From the NCBI RefSeq assembly GCF_007747795.1, contig NZ_CP036275.1, positions 2,650,853 to 2,714,852 of the forward strand: a DNA stretch of 64,000 bases. The letters run 5' to 3'. The notes beneath the pieces were generated by a model. The model searched no databases. It saw only the letters and a program-made list of their open reading frames with translations, and had not been told where the DNA came from. The translations under genes were made by a program, and so were the position numbers. The stretch is from Maioricimonas rarisocia (GTDB lineage Bacteria > Planctomycetota > Planctomycetia > Planctomycetales > Planctomycetaceae). Positions 1-8,448 of the stretch are shown here, one piece after another (within the stretch, counting starts at the first letter, position 1; each line of letters begins with the position of its first letter).

Positions 1-1924
1 CGGCATGGGCATCGAAGGCGGTCAGGTCGATGCGACCCTGTTCACGCGGCACCGGCAAACGGTACGCAATCACGTGCTCGCCGTTCAGCGACACGTTCAC
101 CAGCAGGCCGCGTACCGCCACCCGCATCTCATACCATGTCTCCAGTTCAGCGGGATGGGCCTTGCGACCCTGCGGAGGATACTGGGACCCGCTGCCTGTG
201 TTGTAAGAGACCTGAAGTTTCGATCCTGGCTGAACGGCACTGAGGTAGACCATCTTTTCGCGGCCGTCGACCGCATCGAAGCAGAGGCCGACCGACTTCC
301 ACTTCTGCCCACCCAGCGTCCGGAACCGCACGATCGCCTCGAAGTCTGCAGGATGCGTCTTGACCGTTCGAAAGTATCGCCGCGTCGTGCCGGTCTCCGT
401 CTGCCGCAGTACGCCGTCCTTGACCTCCCAGGTGCCGGGCCCCGGCTCCCACAGGTTCTGCTGCAGCGTGTCGAATTCGTCGACCAGAAAGTCTTCCTGC
501 GGACTCTCGTCGGCGGGGGACGCCGACTCGGCCTTTTCCAGGTCCGCCCGCGCCTTTTCCACCCCCTGCTCTGCCCGGGCGATCTGCTTCTGTGCATCCG
601 CCAGCAGATCGTCGAGGACGAACGGCCGCAGCGCGGGCCGATGAGCTTCGGCCGGCAGGCTGACCGGCTCGATCTGCAGTTCATCGAACGCGAGCAGTTC
701 CGGAAAGCCCGGCGTGAGCGGTTCGCTCGTGTCGGGATCTTTCTCGTTGCCGCGGATATGCAGATACGTCGGCACCTCGGGATGCGCGTCGAACGCCCGC
801 GGGATGCCGTTCTTCTCCAGGTCGGTTACGCCCGGGATCGTATCCAGCCGCACCTGATACGGCTCGAAGAATGCCCGCATGCGGTAGTAGTCGACCTGCG
901 AGAGCGGATCGTACTTGTGATCGTGGCACTTCGCACAGTTCATCGTCAGACCGAGAAACGCCTTCGACGTGTGCTCGATCGTCGCGTCCATCCAGGTGGT
1001 GCGGTTGAACAGATAGTAGTTGCGGGCGAGAAAGCCGGTGGCCCGCAGCGTGTCGGTATCGGTGGGGGCGATTTCGTCTCCGGCCAGCATCTCGAGGACC
1101 ATCTGGTCGTAGCCCTTGTCCTCGTTGAGTGACTCGATGATCCAGTCCCGCCAGTGCCAGATGTGCTTCTGACTGTACCGCAACTGTTTGCCCAGACCGT
1201 ACCAGTCGGTGTACCGCCAGACGTCCATCCAGTGACGGCCCCACCGCTCGCCGTACTGCGGCGAATCGAGCAGACGGTCGACCGCCCGCTCCCAGGCGTC
1301 GGGACGATCATCGGCAAGAAACGCTTCCAGCTCGGCCCGTGTCGGCGGCAGCCCGGTCAGGTCGAGCGAGACCCGGCGGAGCAGCAGCGAACGCTCGGCG
1401 GAGGGAAGTGGTTTGAGGCCCAGTCGGTGGTGATGGCCGGCGAGAATCCGGTCGATCGGATTCTTCGACGCGTCCCCTTCGACATCGGGCAGCGCAGTCC
1501 GAACGGGCGGGTGGAACGCCCAGTGATCGTCCGGATCGGCTTCGGGAGCTTCGTCGGCCGGACCCTCGGCACCCGCTTCGATCCAGGCCCGGATCGCGGC
1601 AATCTGTTCCGGCTCGAGCGGCGCCCCTTCGGGAGGCATCCGCTCGTAATCTTCCTCGGCGGTGATGCGGCGGAGCAACTCACTCTCGCCCGGCTGCCGG
1701 GGCATCACGGCTGCACCGCTGTCGCCCCCCTTGCGGGCGAATTCTGCGGTGTCGAGACGCAGTCCCCCCTCCTGCTTGAGGGCCCCGTGGCACGCGTAGC
1801 AGCGTTCGTGCAGCACGGGTTTGACGTGCTCGAGGTAGTCGTCCGCTGCAGCGGGGACGCTCACCGCGAACAGCAGGAACAGTGCCGGACAGAGGAAGGC
1901 AGTGAATCGATCGGCGAGTTTCAT
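1..1924 (-). CDS. PSCyt1/PSCyt2/PSD1 (DUF1549/DUF1553) family protein, 3' end beyond window start
   Basis: Minus-strand frame open from ATG at 1924 (MKLADRFTAFLCPALFLL signal) to position 1 with no stop, so it is absent from the ORF track. Carries the YACHGALKQEGGLRLD cytochrome-like motif and the DRLLDSPQYGERWGRHW (DUF1549) and CAKCHDHKYDP (DUF1553) motifs. Plus-strand ORFs 5..1132 and 1154..2077 are its shadows. Confidence 0.85.
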   Translation of the reverse strand, partial: MKLADRFTAFLCPALFLLFAVSVPAAADDYLEHVKPVLHERCYACHGALKQEGGLRLDTAEFARKGGDSGAAVMPRQPGESELLRRITAEEDYERMPPEGAPLEPEQIAAIRAWIEAGAEGPADEAPEADPDDHWAFHPPVRTALPDVEGDASKNPIDRILAGHHHRLGLKPLPSAERSLLLRRVSLDLTGLPPTRAELEAFLADDRPDAWERAVDRLLDSPQYGERWGRHWMDVWRYTDWYGLGKQLRYSQKHIWHWRDWIIESLNEDKGYDQMVLEMLAGDEIAPTDTDTLRATGFLARNYYLFNRTTWMDATIEHTSKAFLGLTMNCAKCHDHKYDPLSQVDYYRMRAFFEPYQVRLDTIPGVTDLEKNGIPRAFDAHPEVPTYLHIRGNEKDPDTSEPLTPGFPELLAFDELQIEPVSLPAEAHRPALRPFVLDDLLADAQKQIARAEQGVEKARADLEKAESASPADESPQEDFLVDEFDTLQQNLWEPGPGTWEVKDGVLRQTETGTTRRYFRTVKTHPADFEAIVRFRTLGGQKWKSVGLCFDAVDGREKMVYLSAVQPGSKLQVSYNTGSGSQYPPQGRKAHPAELETWYEMRVAVRGLLVNVSLNGEHVIAYRLPVPREQGRIDLTAFDAHA

Positions 1925-2084
1925 CGGTTCCCGTCATGTGGCCGGGGCGGGATGGGGCATCGCGCCCGCGGCGGACATCTCGTGGCGAAGCTGGGACAGG
2001 TTCTTCGCCGGCAGGTGGCGATGCGCGAACGCCCGGGCGTGAACGCATCATCATTCGTTGACCTGTTCGGAGTGTAGCACATGC

Positions 2085-2640
2085 GGCGGGGAGAGTTGAG
2101 TCCGGGAGCGGTGAGTCTTGAGCGGTACGAGCCGCGACCGTGAGGGAGCGGAGGGCACGTATTCCCCCCGTCTGCGTCCGGCGGGACATGCGCAGAGAAC
2201 CACGGAGGCACTGAGGCACAGAGGGAATAAAGGCGAGCCGGCTGCGTGAGCTGCCGGGTGGCTGGGGCGCAGGAGCAACGTGACATCTGTTTGGCGAACG
2301 TCGTCCATGCAATGACGCAGTGCAAGGCTGTGAACGGCGCCACGGCCCCGGTCCCATCGTCTTGCCCGGGCGGACACGAGAATTACCAGCCGCGCCCGTG
2401 AGGAAGCGGAATGCACGCCTGCCGGCTGCGTCCGGGAGGGCACCACAGAGTTGTCATGACGGTGCGTCGCCCCGGAGGATGAAAATCATCGCGGGGTGCC
2501 ACGGCCTCGCCGCGCAGCGGAGTGGCCATGCCGTTTCCGCAAGCATCGTGAGTCGAGCCCAGTCCTCACTCGCCACGCCCATCACTCCGCTACGCTCCGT
2601 TCTGGGACGTGCCACCATGCCGACAGTGGGGACGCTGCTC
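2085..2640. repeat. Composite dispersed repeat element (family A) copy 1
   Basis: Shares multi-module similarity with 5093..5480, 22660..23040 and 34385..34850. Modules include the core motif ACGAGCCGCGACCGTGAGGGAGCGGA (2129, variant at 2388), a short octamer run ACCACGGAGGCACTGAGGCACAGAGG (~2195), a GCCGGCTGCGTGAGCTGCCGGGTGGCTGGGGCGCAGGAGCA block, and the CACGCCCATCACTCCGCTACGCTCCGTTCTGGGACGTGCCAC module (2575-2625). Confidence 0.6.
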
Positions 2641-2857
2641 GTGTACGCCTCTATGCTGGGGGGACACTCGCGGCAATGGATCCACTTGCCGCTTTCAGCC
2701 TGTCACGGTCTCCGGACAACATGGCACATCTGAGGCACTTTCATCCATCGGCTGTTGACATCCTCGTCTGCTCGGGATGTGATAGTGGTGGCATGGAGAG
2801 CGATCGCTGTAGCGGGCGGCGATGCCCCTGTGTCCGAGTTCGCGCAGGGCCCATGCG

Positions 2858-3568
2858 ATGCTCAATTCTCTCCGGCTTCTCGTCGCCGCCTCACTGGCCT
2901 GGACGATCGGGAGCTCACCTCGCACGTATCCACACCAGCTGGCGTATTTCACAGAAGCCGCCAGCGGTGTCGAAATAGGGCACTACCACCTTCCGGGAAG
3001 CATCCTCGACCGGGGGCAAGATCTTCTTTGCGTCCGGACGTGGCAAGCCCGGGGCCTTCAGTGGAATCCGTTCTATCTTGCCTGCTGTGGCTGTTTCGAG
3101 GCACGTGATCGGGGTGTTGCGTGCGCTCCTGCTCCCATTGAGCAGGAGGCATTGGTCCGCTCGGCAACGCGTGCCTGGTCGTTGAACCGGCGGCCACGCG
3201 CAATTGAAATCATGCTCGGCGAAGGCCTTCCTCCCGTCGCCTCGGTGGATTGGCTAAGGCACGACTATCGCCGGCGTCGGCTACGGGGCCAGGCGCGACA
3301 ACCTGTTGGCTGTCTCCGGCAGGAAATGGTGTTGAACACGCCCTGTCGCGGAAGAGTTGGTTCTCGGCGTATTTGTTATCTCCGTCGCATGCGCGCAGTG
3401 CGTCCGCGATCCTCATTTCAGGTCGATGTCGAGGCAGAGATTTCCCATGTGGCGATCGCGACTCCTTCAAGTTTCAAACCGAGCGTCGCTTTATGCAGGA
3501 CTGGCGCTATGCTGCGTCACAACTGCTTGTCTCGCGTGGGGTGCAGCGTCGCCAGCGATCGGCTCTGA
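2858..3568 (+). CDS. Possible small secreted hypothetical protein (weak)
   Basis: ORF with signal-like N-terminus MLNSLRLLVAASLAWTIGS inside otherwise non-coding 2.6-3.4 kb. Overlaps the better-supported 3447..4772 gene in another frame. No recognisable domain. Confidence 0.2.
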   Translation: MLNSLRLLVAASLAWTIGSSPRTYPHQLAYFTEAASGVEIGHYHLPGSILDRGQDLLCVRTWQARGLQWNPFYLACCGCFEARDRGVACAPAPIEQEALVRSATRAWSLNRRPRAIEIMLGEGLPPVASVDWLRHDYRRRRLRGQARQPVGCLRQEMVLNTPCRGRVGSRRICYLRRMRAVRPRSSFQVDVEAEISHVAIATPSSFKPSVALCRTGAMLRHNCLSRVGCSVASDRL

Positions 3569-4772
3569 GCGCTCGTCGTTTTCGGAGGCAGTCCCTTCCG
3601 ACGAGGTCACGGAAGTGCTGAGGCTGGCTCATTCGAAACAGGTCTCTGCCCTGAAGCGGATAAGAACACTCCGAGGTACGGGGACGCTGGAGGAGTGGTT
3701 TCGAGCACCGACGCTGACGATCAAGCACACGCCTGTCTCAGGAACTGACGAGGGCGGCGGCGGTGAGTCACGGGACAACAGAGATGCCGTGCCGACGGAG
3801 ACGACAGTCGATGGTCCCTTCGAGGTTCACAGGACGTCGACCGTCTCCTTTGCCTGGTCGAATGAAGCGAGGTCCCTGAGGTCGAATGTCAGGTGTGTGC
3901 CGCCAACAATCTATAAAGCGATCCAGGACAAAAAGACGTACAACATCCGGGAGGATCTGGCCGCTAATTACCTTGTACGACCGGACGGGTTCTATCAGAT
4001 GCTCCCCGACCGACGCTATGGGGAGTTCAGCGGCTTCCCGGCGACTTTGTTCGGAGGAGAGCCGACGAGGGTCGTGGAGCGAAAGGCGAACGAGGTAGCG
4101 AATGAGCTGCGCGGCTTTTCCTACCTGTTTGACCCCTCCACAATGTTTGAAATCGGGGGGAGTCGAGTCGATCAACTCTGCGAACGGTATTTGCAGTTCG
4201 CCTCCAGTCCGGATTTGCGCGAGCGATTGGCCGTCGGCCGCCGGGAAGATGGCAGCTTGCTTGTCACCACTCAGTACGTGAATTCGGCGGGTGGCGAATC
4301 AGAGCCGTCGCTGACTGTGGAGGTCGTGCTGGATGCCGGGGTGGAGTTCCTGCCAGTGGAGGCCTCGTTTCTTAACAGAAATGACATTCTAACGCAGTCA
4401 CTGTCATGGGAGTACTCTGACAACGAATCCGTAGTTGTCCCAACTCGGTTTCGGCACACGAAGCATGATGACACCGGAAGCCGGGTACAGCAGCGAGTGA
4501 TGACGATCACTGATGTGGAGGTTAACGAGCGGCTGTCGGATGCGGACTTTGCGTTGTCGAGCATTAGCGTCGACGACGGTGACCGGCTGATTGACCGCGT
4601 CGAGAATCAGCTGAAGGTCATCGAAGGCGGGGTGCCGGTTCTGATCCAGCAACCGTCGTCTTCGAGTTCCCGGAGGTTGTGGCTGGTTCTGGCTAATGTT
4701 GCGGCAGCGTCTTTCCTGGTTCTCGTGTTTGCTGTGCGGAAGCTGCGTGCTCGTGCCGGGAAGGCGGATTAG
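3447..4772 (+). CDS. Hypothetical secreted protein with C-terminal TM anchor and basic tail
   Basis: ATG at 3447 gives signal peptide MWRSRLLQVSNRASLYAGLALCCVTTACLAWG. C-terminus RRLWLVLANVAAASFLVLVFAVRKLRARAGKAD. No family recognised. Flanked by repeat elements. Confidence 0.65.
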   Translation: MWRSRLLQVSNRASLYAGLALCCVTTACLAWGAASPAIGSERSSFSEAVPSDEVTEVLRLAHSKQVSALKRIRTLRGTGTLEEWFRAPTLTIKHTPVSGTDEGGGGESRDNRDAVPTETTVDGPFEVHRTSTVSFAWSNEARSLRSNVRCVPPTIYKAIQDKKTYNIREDLAANYLVRPDGFYQMLPDRRYGEFSGFPATLFGGEPTRVVERKANEVANELRGFSYLFDPSTMFEIGGSRVDQLCERYLQFASSPDLRERLAVGRREDGSLLVTTQYVNSAGGESEPSLTVEVVLDAGVEFLPVEASFLNRNDILTQSLSWEYSDNESVVVPTRFRHTKHDDTGSRVQQRVMTITDVEVNERLSDADFALSSISVDDGDRLIDRVENQLKVIEGGVPVLIQQPSSSSSRRLWLVLANVAAASFLVLVFAVRKLRARAGKAD

Positions 4773-4922
4773 AAAGATGTTGAAGAATGGACTCCCCTGT
4801 TGTTACCTGAACTCCTGGGCGACAATCGACCGTTGCGATCCGATCTGGCAGGCACGGAAACACGGCTTCAGCATCTGGTCGCGAAGCCCGCCGGCCGCGA
4901 CCGGTGGGGACACTCGAAGAGA

Positions 4923-5092
4923 ACCACGGAGGCACGGAGGCACGGAGGCACGGAGGCACGGAGGCACGGAGGCACGGAGGCACGGAGGCACGGAGGCACG
5001 GAGGCACGAAGGCACGAAGGCACGGATGCACGGATGCACGGAGGCACGGATGCACGAAGGCACGGATGCACGGAGGCACGGAGGCACGAAGG
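4923..5092. repeat. Octamer tandem array (GGAGGCAC)n, about 21 units with GAAGGCAC/GGATGCAC variants
   Basis: Directly visible 8-bp periodicity CACGGAGGCACGGAGG... It produces the RRHGGTEA / CLRASVPP repetitive spurious ORFs in several frames. Confidence 0.9.
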
Positions 5093-5480
5093 AAAACAAT
5101 GCGAGCCGGTTGCGTGAGCTGCCGGGTGGCTGGGGCGCAGGAGCAGAGTGACATCTGTCTGGCGAACGTCGTCCATGCAACGACTTCGTGCAAAATTGTG
5201 AACGCCGTAACGGCCCCAGTCCCATTGTCTCGCACCGTGGGGGCACCAGAATCACGAGCCGCGCCCGTGAGGAAGCGGACGTAACAACGACGGAGTTGTC
5301 ATGTCGGTGCGTCGCCCCGGAGGATGAAAATGGGGGCGATCCGGGTGGCATGCTTGCCCTTCGAGGCAAGCATGTGGGGCCCTTCGAGGCAAGCATGTGG
5401 GGCCATTCGGTGTTAACCTCCTGCCGGCTGCGCCGGCCCCGGTTGGCGAGCAACCGGGGCTACCCGCTTGGCGGCTCATT
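5093..5480. repeat. Composite dispersed repeat element (family A) copy 2, contiguous with the octamer array
   Basis: GCGAGCCGGTTGCGTGAGCTGCCGGGTGGCTGGGGCGCAGGAGCAGAGTGACATCTGTCTGGCGAACGTCGTCCATGCAA is near-identical to 2230-2330. Core motif CACGAGCCGCGCCCGTGAGGAAGCGGA at ~5250. Direct duplication CCTTCGAGGCAAGCATGTGGGGCC x2 (5350-5405). REP module CTGCCGGCTGCGCCGGCCCCGGTTGGCGAGCAACCGGGGCTACCCG (5421-5466). Confidence 0.6.
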
Positions 5481-5517
5481 TCGCAGCCCGGAGCATGATG
5501 ATCGCCAGCACGAAACG

Positions 5518-6609
5518 TCAGTCGGAGCTGTCGTGCACCGCGGTCACGCGATTCGCTTTGCTGGGCAAGCCAGCAGTGGCGCCCGGTGATTGCCATGCCT
5601 CAAACACTTGAGCCCAGGAATCCATCGAAGCCTGCATGCCCCAGTGATCCTCCAGGAATTTCTTGGCCGCCACACGCATTTCATTGCGTTCCTGGGGTTC
5701 GAAGGCACAACGCGATGCTTTGTAGACAAACTCTCGATCATCATTGCAGAGCCAACCTGTCACTCCGTCTTCGACCTGCAACTTCCATCCGCCGCGATTG
5801 TCAACGACCAGGATCGAGCCTGACGCCATTGCCTCGAATCCGACGCGAGGAAGGTTCTCGAACGTGTCGGTTGTCATAATGACGGCTTCGCAGTGGGCGT
5901 AAAAGTCGCGTTGACTAATTGAGCCGGGCGTGAGAGTGTGAATGTAGTGTGGAGGACGATGGCTGAATTTGCGATCAGCGTTTCCGCCCCAGCCAAGAAT
6001 TAGGCCCTCCTTCAAGACCGGGGCAGTCATTGTATCATAGATCCACAACTGCCTTGATCCAAACTTGTCACCATCGTCACGTGAGATTCGTCCAAATCGA
6101 AACTTGTCCTGAGGCCGATTGTCGATGTACGAGAACTCCTCCGCATGAAAATATGGCTGAACGAAAAGCGGGCGGTATCGTCCCAGCGATTGCAGCTTCT
6201 TTCGAACCCTCTCAAACGCATGCTGTGTCTGGTAGAGGTGGAAGTCAATCAGCCCCTGCTCCTGGCATTCGAGTTCTTTTTCAAAGTTCCAGGACATGCA
6301 GTTGACGAATGTCGTCGTCCGGGCATAGCGATGGATTTCGCGGAGATTGCTGAGAAACTCTCCGTTGCAAAAAGAGATGCAATGCAGCCCTTCCAGTGAG
6401 GGCCAGTCGCATGGCTGGTGATAGATACAGCCGCGCTCCCGGAGATTCATCGCTCGGAGATTGTCATCGAGTGGCCCGGTGTGGCAGATGTGAACATCGA
6501 CGCCCATCGCCTGCCAGCAGTGGATCTGATGATCCAGTTCAGTATCCGCCCCGCCCAACCGGCTTGGGTGCCCGATAACGCAGACTGCTTCGATCATTCC
6601 CGACCTCAC
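5518..6609 (-). CDS. Glycosyltransferase family 1 (GT4-type)
   Basis: 363-aa ORF. C-terminal GT1 signature EAMASGSILVVDNRGGW...GVTGWLCNDDREFV (E-x7-E). Lower GC (~52%) than surroundings. Confidence 0.85.
   Translation of the reverse strand: MRSGMIEAVCVIGHPSRLGGADTELDHQIHCWQAMGVDVHICHTGPLDDNLRAMNLRERGCIYHQPCDWPSLEGLHCISFCNGEFLSNLREIHRYARTTTFVNCMSWNFEKELECQEQGLIDFHLYQTQHAFERVRKKLQSLGRYRPLFVQPYFHAEEFSYIDNRPQDKFRFGRISRDDGDKFGSRQLWIYDTMTAPVLKEGLILGWGGNADRKFSHRPPHYIHTLTPGSISQRDFYAHCEAVIMTTDTFENLPRVGFEAMASGSILVVDNRGGWKLQVEDGVTGWLCNDDREFVYKASRCAFEPQERNEMRVAAKKFLEDHWGMQASMDSWAQVFEAWQSPGATAGLPSKANRVTAVHDSSD
5527..5585. repeat. Hairpin repeat family C copy 1 (CTGCTGGGCAAGCCAGCAG palindrome)
   Basis: TGTCGTGCACCGCGGTCACGCGATTCGCTTTGCTGGGCAAGCCAGCAGTGGCGCCC recurs at 9318..9372 with few substitutions. 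Lies in the 3' end of the GT1 gene. Confidence 0.5.
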
Positions 6610-6611
6610 AC

Positions 6612-7334
6612 CTACCGACCCCGAGGGCCGTAGAATCGGATCTGTGTTTTCCAGGTTCCGTCTTCAGCCTGGTAAGTCTTCGCGGACCAGATGGTTCGCT
6701 TGTACTCGTCCAAGTCTACGCAGTGCGTCAGGATATGACGAATGGATGTCTGTTTCACGTCAATCGTCACTTCTGTCACATGGTCATTGAACGCTTCTAA
6801 TGGCCCAATCCCCGAACGAGGCGGTTCAATTCCGGGAATCCTCTGCTTCTCCATCACTGCAGCGATGTCACCAACCCTCCCGGAGTATTGGAAGTCAATC
6901 TTTCGGTCGAGCACCTCGCTCTTCTTGCCAAGTTCTTTATCTATCAAATGAAGGACCGGATGTTGTTCGTCTTGACGGTCCACGACCACTCGGAGATTGG
7001 TCTTCTGCTCGAACTCCTTCACGAGGTCGTCGATGGACGACACATCCGGATTGAGATCTTCTCTCGAAGTGAAGTAGTTGTCCGAACCGGACAGGTACTC
7101 GATCGTGAAATGGCATTGGAACTTGATCGCCATGTGATCTTTGTAAAGCCCAGGATTGCTATGGTCGACCGGAATATCCTTGAGTTCTTGAGCTTGCATC
7201 GAACGGACTCCAACTGCACAGACCAGGATCAGAAGTGTTGCAAACAGGCCAACGGCGGATCGGCAATCCCATGTCCAATGGACAAACGGTGATTGCGTGC
7301 GATTGGGCGGGACACGTTTTTCTTGAGTCGCCAT
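6612..7334 (-). CDS. Hypothetical single-pass membrane protein
   Basis: ATG at 7334 (MATQEKRVPP...) followed by TM segment AVGLFATLLILVCAVGV. The longer ORF-track start (7610) lacks a signal and is probably upstream read-through. Lower GC. No domain recognised. Confidence 0.6.
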   Translation of the reverse strand: MATQEKRVPPNRTQSPFVHWTWDCRSAVGLFATLLILVCAVGVRSMQAQELKDIPVDHSNPGLYKDHMAIKFQCHFTIEYLSGSDNYFTSREDLNPDVSSIDDLVKEFEQKTNLRVVVDRQDEQHPVLHLIDKELGKKSEVLDRKIDFQYSGRVGDIAAVMEKQRIPGIEPPRSGIGPLEAFNDHVTEVTIDVKQTSIRHILTHCVDLDEYKRTIWSAKTYQAEDGTWKTQIRFYGPRGR

Positions 7335-7613
7335 GCGTTCATTCTCCTGCTTGACATCAGACGATGATCTTGCCGGGGGGGCACTCGACCCACACGCAAT
7401 TCGGAGGATGCGAAACCACCTTCCGCCCGGTATCTCCGATCGAATGTCCGCAGACCCGAACGGGAATTGCCTGTCCTTGAGACCCACCCGATCCCATCGA
7501 CAAAGTCGGTGCGTCGGGCCAGTCCTGAGCGGCTTGGCTGTTGCGATCAACGCGGGTGGCCCAGGTTGCTTTGCAACCTTTGGGCCGACGAAGTCGGTAA
7601 GAGGTTTCATGGA

Positions 7614-8128
7614 TCACACCACCCAACTGATCGGCACTTCCACGGTTCTTCGCTGCTCGTACCACCTCGCTGAACTCCATCGCCACTTGACGGCGTTCTT
7701 GACGAATCCAGCACGCACTGGATTCAGGTGCATGTATGTGAGTTTCTCTTCCAGCTTTCTCTCGGAATAGATCTCGAACGCGTAGTACCTGGGTGTCCCA
7801 AAGCGATCTCCCCGATCGGCAACCTGAAAGTAGTTCGCGTCTTGGCGGTGGTACCATCGCGGATCGCAAAACTCGAACGGCGCTTCCAGCCATGCATGAA
7901 CCGGCTCAGCTGTTCGATCTGTGGAAACCACACGATCGCATGCACATGATCCGGCATGACGACAAATCCAACGCACTTTGCCGACTGCCGCTTCCGTTGT
8001 GCATTCAATTGGCCCAGCAAGATACGCTTGGGCTGATTCTCGTCCAGCAACCGCCGCCGACGATCACACGAAAACGTGACAAAGTGGCAGTACAGATGAT
8101 CGTCAGCGATGCGGCGATTGTCAGACAT
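7614..8128 (-). pseudogene. REP-associated tyrosine transposase (RAYT; IS200/IS605 TnpA-like, Y1 family), frameshifted
   Basis: N-terminal frame (ORF 7724..8128) has [16 protein letters not shown] and the HxH motif [12 protein letters not shown]-terminal part is in another frame (ORF 7614..7976): [41 protein letters not shown], matching the RAYT C-terminus with the catalytic Y region and NPVRAGLV. Frames switch near 7860-7900. Confidence 0.75.
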
Positions 8129-8175
8129 GTTCTGATTTTCTGAATGACGTACTGTCCGTGCAACCTCTCACGGCT

Positions 8176-8210
8176 TCGCCGCCCCGGTTGAATCAACCGG
8201 GGCCACCCGC
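8176..8210. repeat. REP hairpin adjacent to the RAYT (GCCCCGGTTG-AAT-CAACCGGGGC)
   Basis: Perfect 10-bp stem. Same stem family (GGTTG...CAACC) as the dispersed modules at 5437-5460, 11872-11900, 22921-22950 and 34631-34665. Confidence 0.6.
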
Positions 8211-8352
8211 GGGCGGATGACTGGTGCTGGAGCTCGGCACGCGGGTACTTCGAGGGACGCTCCGCCAGACTCCCGGTCCGGTGGCCGCCGGGACTGGAGA
8301 CTGACGACGCGCAGGCCGGTCTGTCACGCACATGAAGACTCATGAAGAGGCA

Positions 8353-8410
8353 TCTTGTGCCTGCGGCACCCAACCGCTCAAAGGGCGGTCGGGCCACCCT
8401 GCGGCCGCGT
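8353..8410. repeat. Hairpin-rich repeat family B copy 1
   Basis: CATCTTGTGCCTGCGGCACCCAACCGCTCAAAGGGCGGTCGGGCCACCCTGCGG is near-identical to 23310..23372 (CATCCTGTGCCTGCGGCACCCAACCGCCCACAGGGCGGTCGGGCCACCCTGCGG). Contains nested palindromes GTGCC..GGCAC and CCGCCC..GGGCGG. Confidence 0.5.
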
Positions 8411-8448
8411 TGCCACACGTCGTTCAGCCTGTCGCCGGCAAGCGGAAG

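Noticed and set aside
5-2077. Plus-strand ORFs 5..1132 (375 aa) and 1154..2077 (307 aa)
   Set aside because: They are antisense shadows of the minus-strand DUF1549/DUF1553 gene, which is open to the window edge and has clear family motifs. The plus-strand proteins are Arg/Pro-rich with no motifs.
4923-5092. Possible CRISPR array
   Set aside because: The repeat unit is 8 bp with no intervening unique spacers, and there are no cas genes. The 12-mer and 7-mer arrays likewise lack spacers. No CRISPR in this window.
4693-5453. ORFs 4693..5235, 4696..5151, 4800..5117, 4803..5453, 4868..5176, 4904..5284 with RRHGGTEA / CLRASVPP repeats
   Set aside because: They are generated by the (GGAGGCAC)n octamer array being open in all frames, so they are not genes. 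The same applies to 22542..23501, 22575..22823, 22673..22993 and 22676..23038 at the second array.
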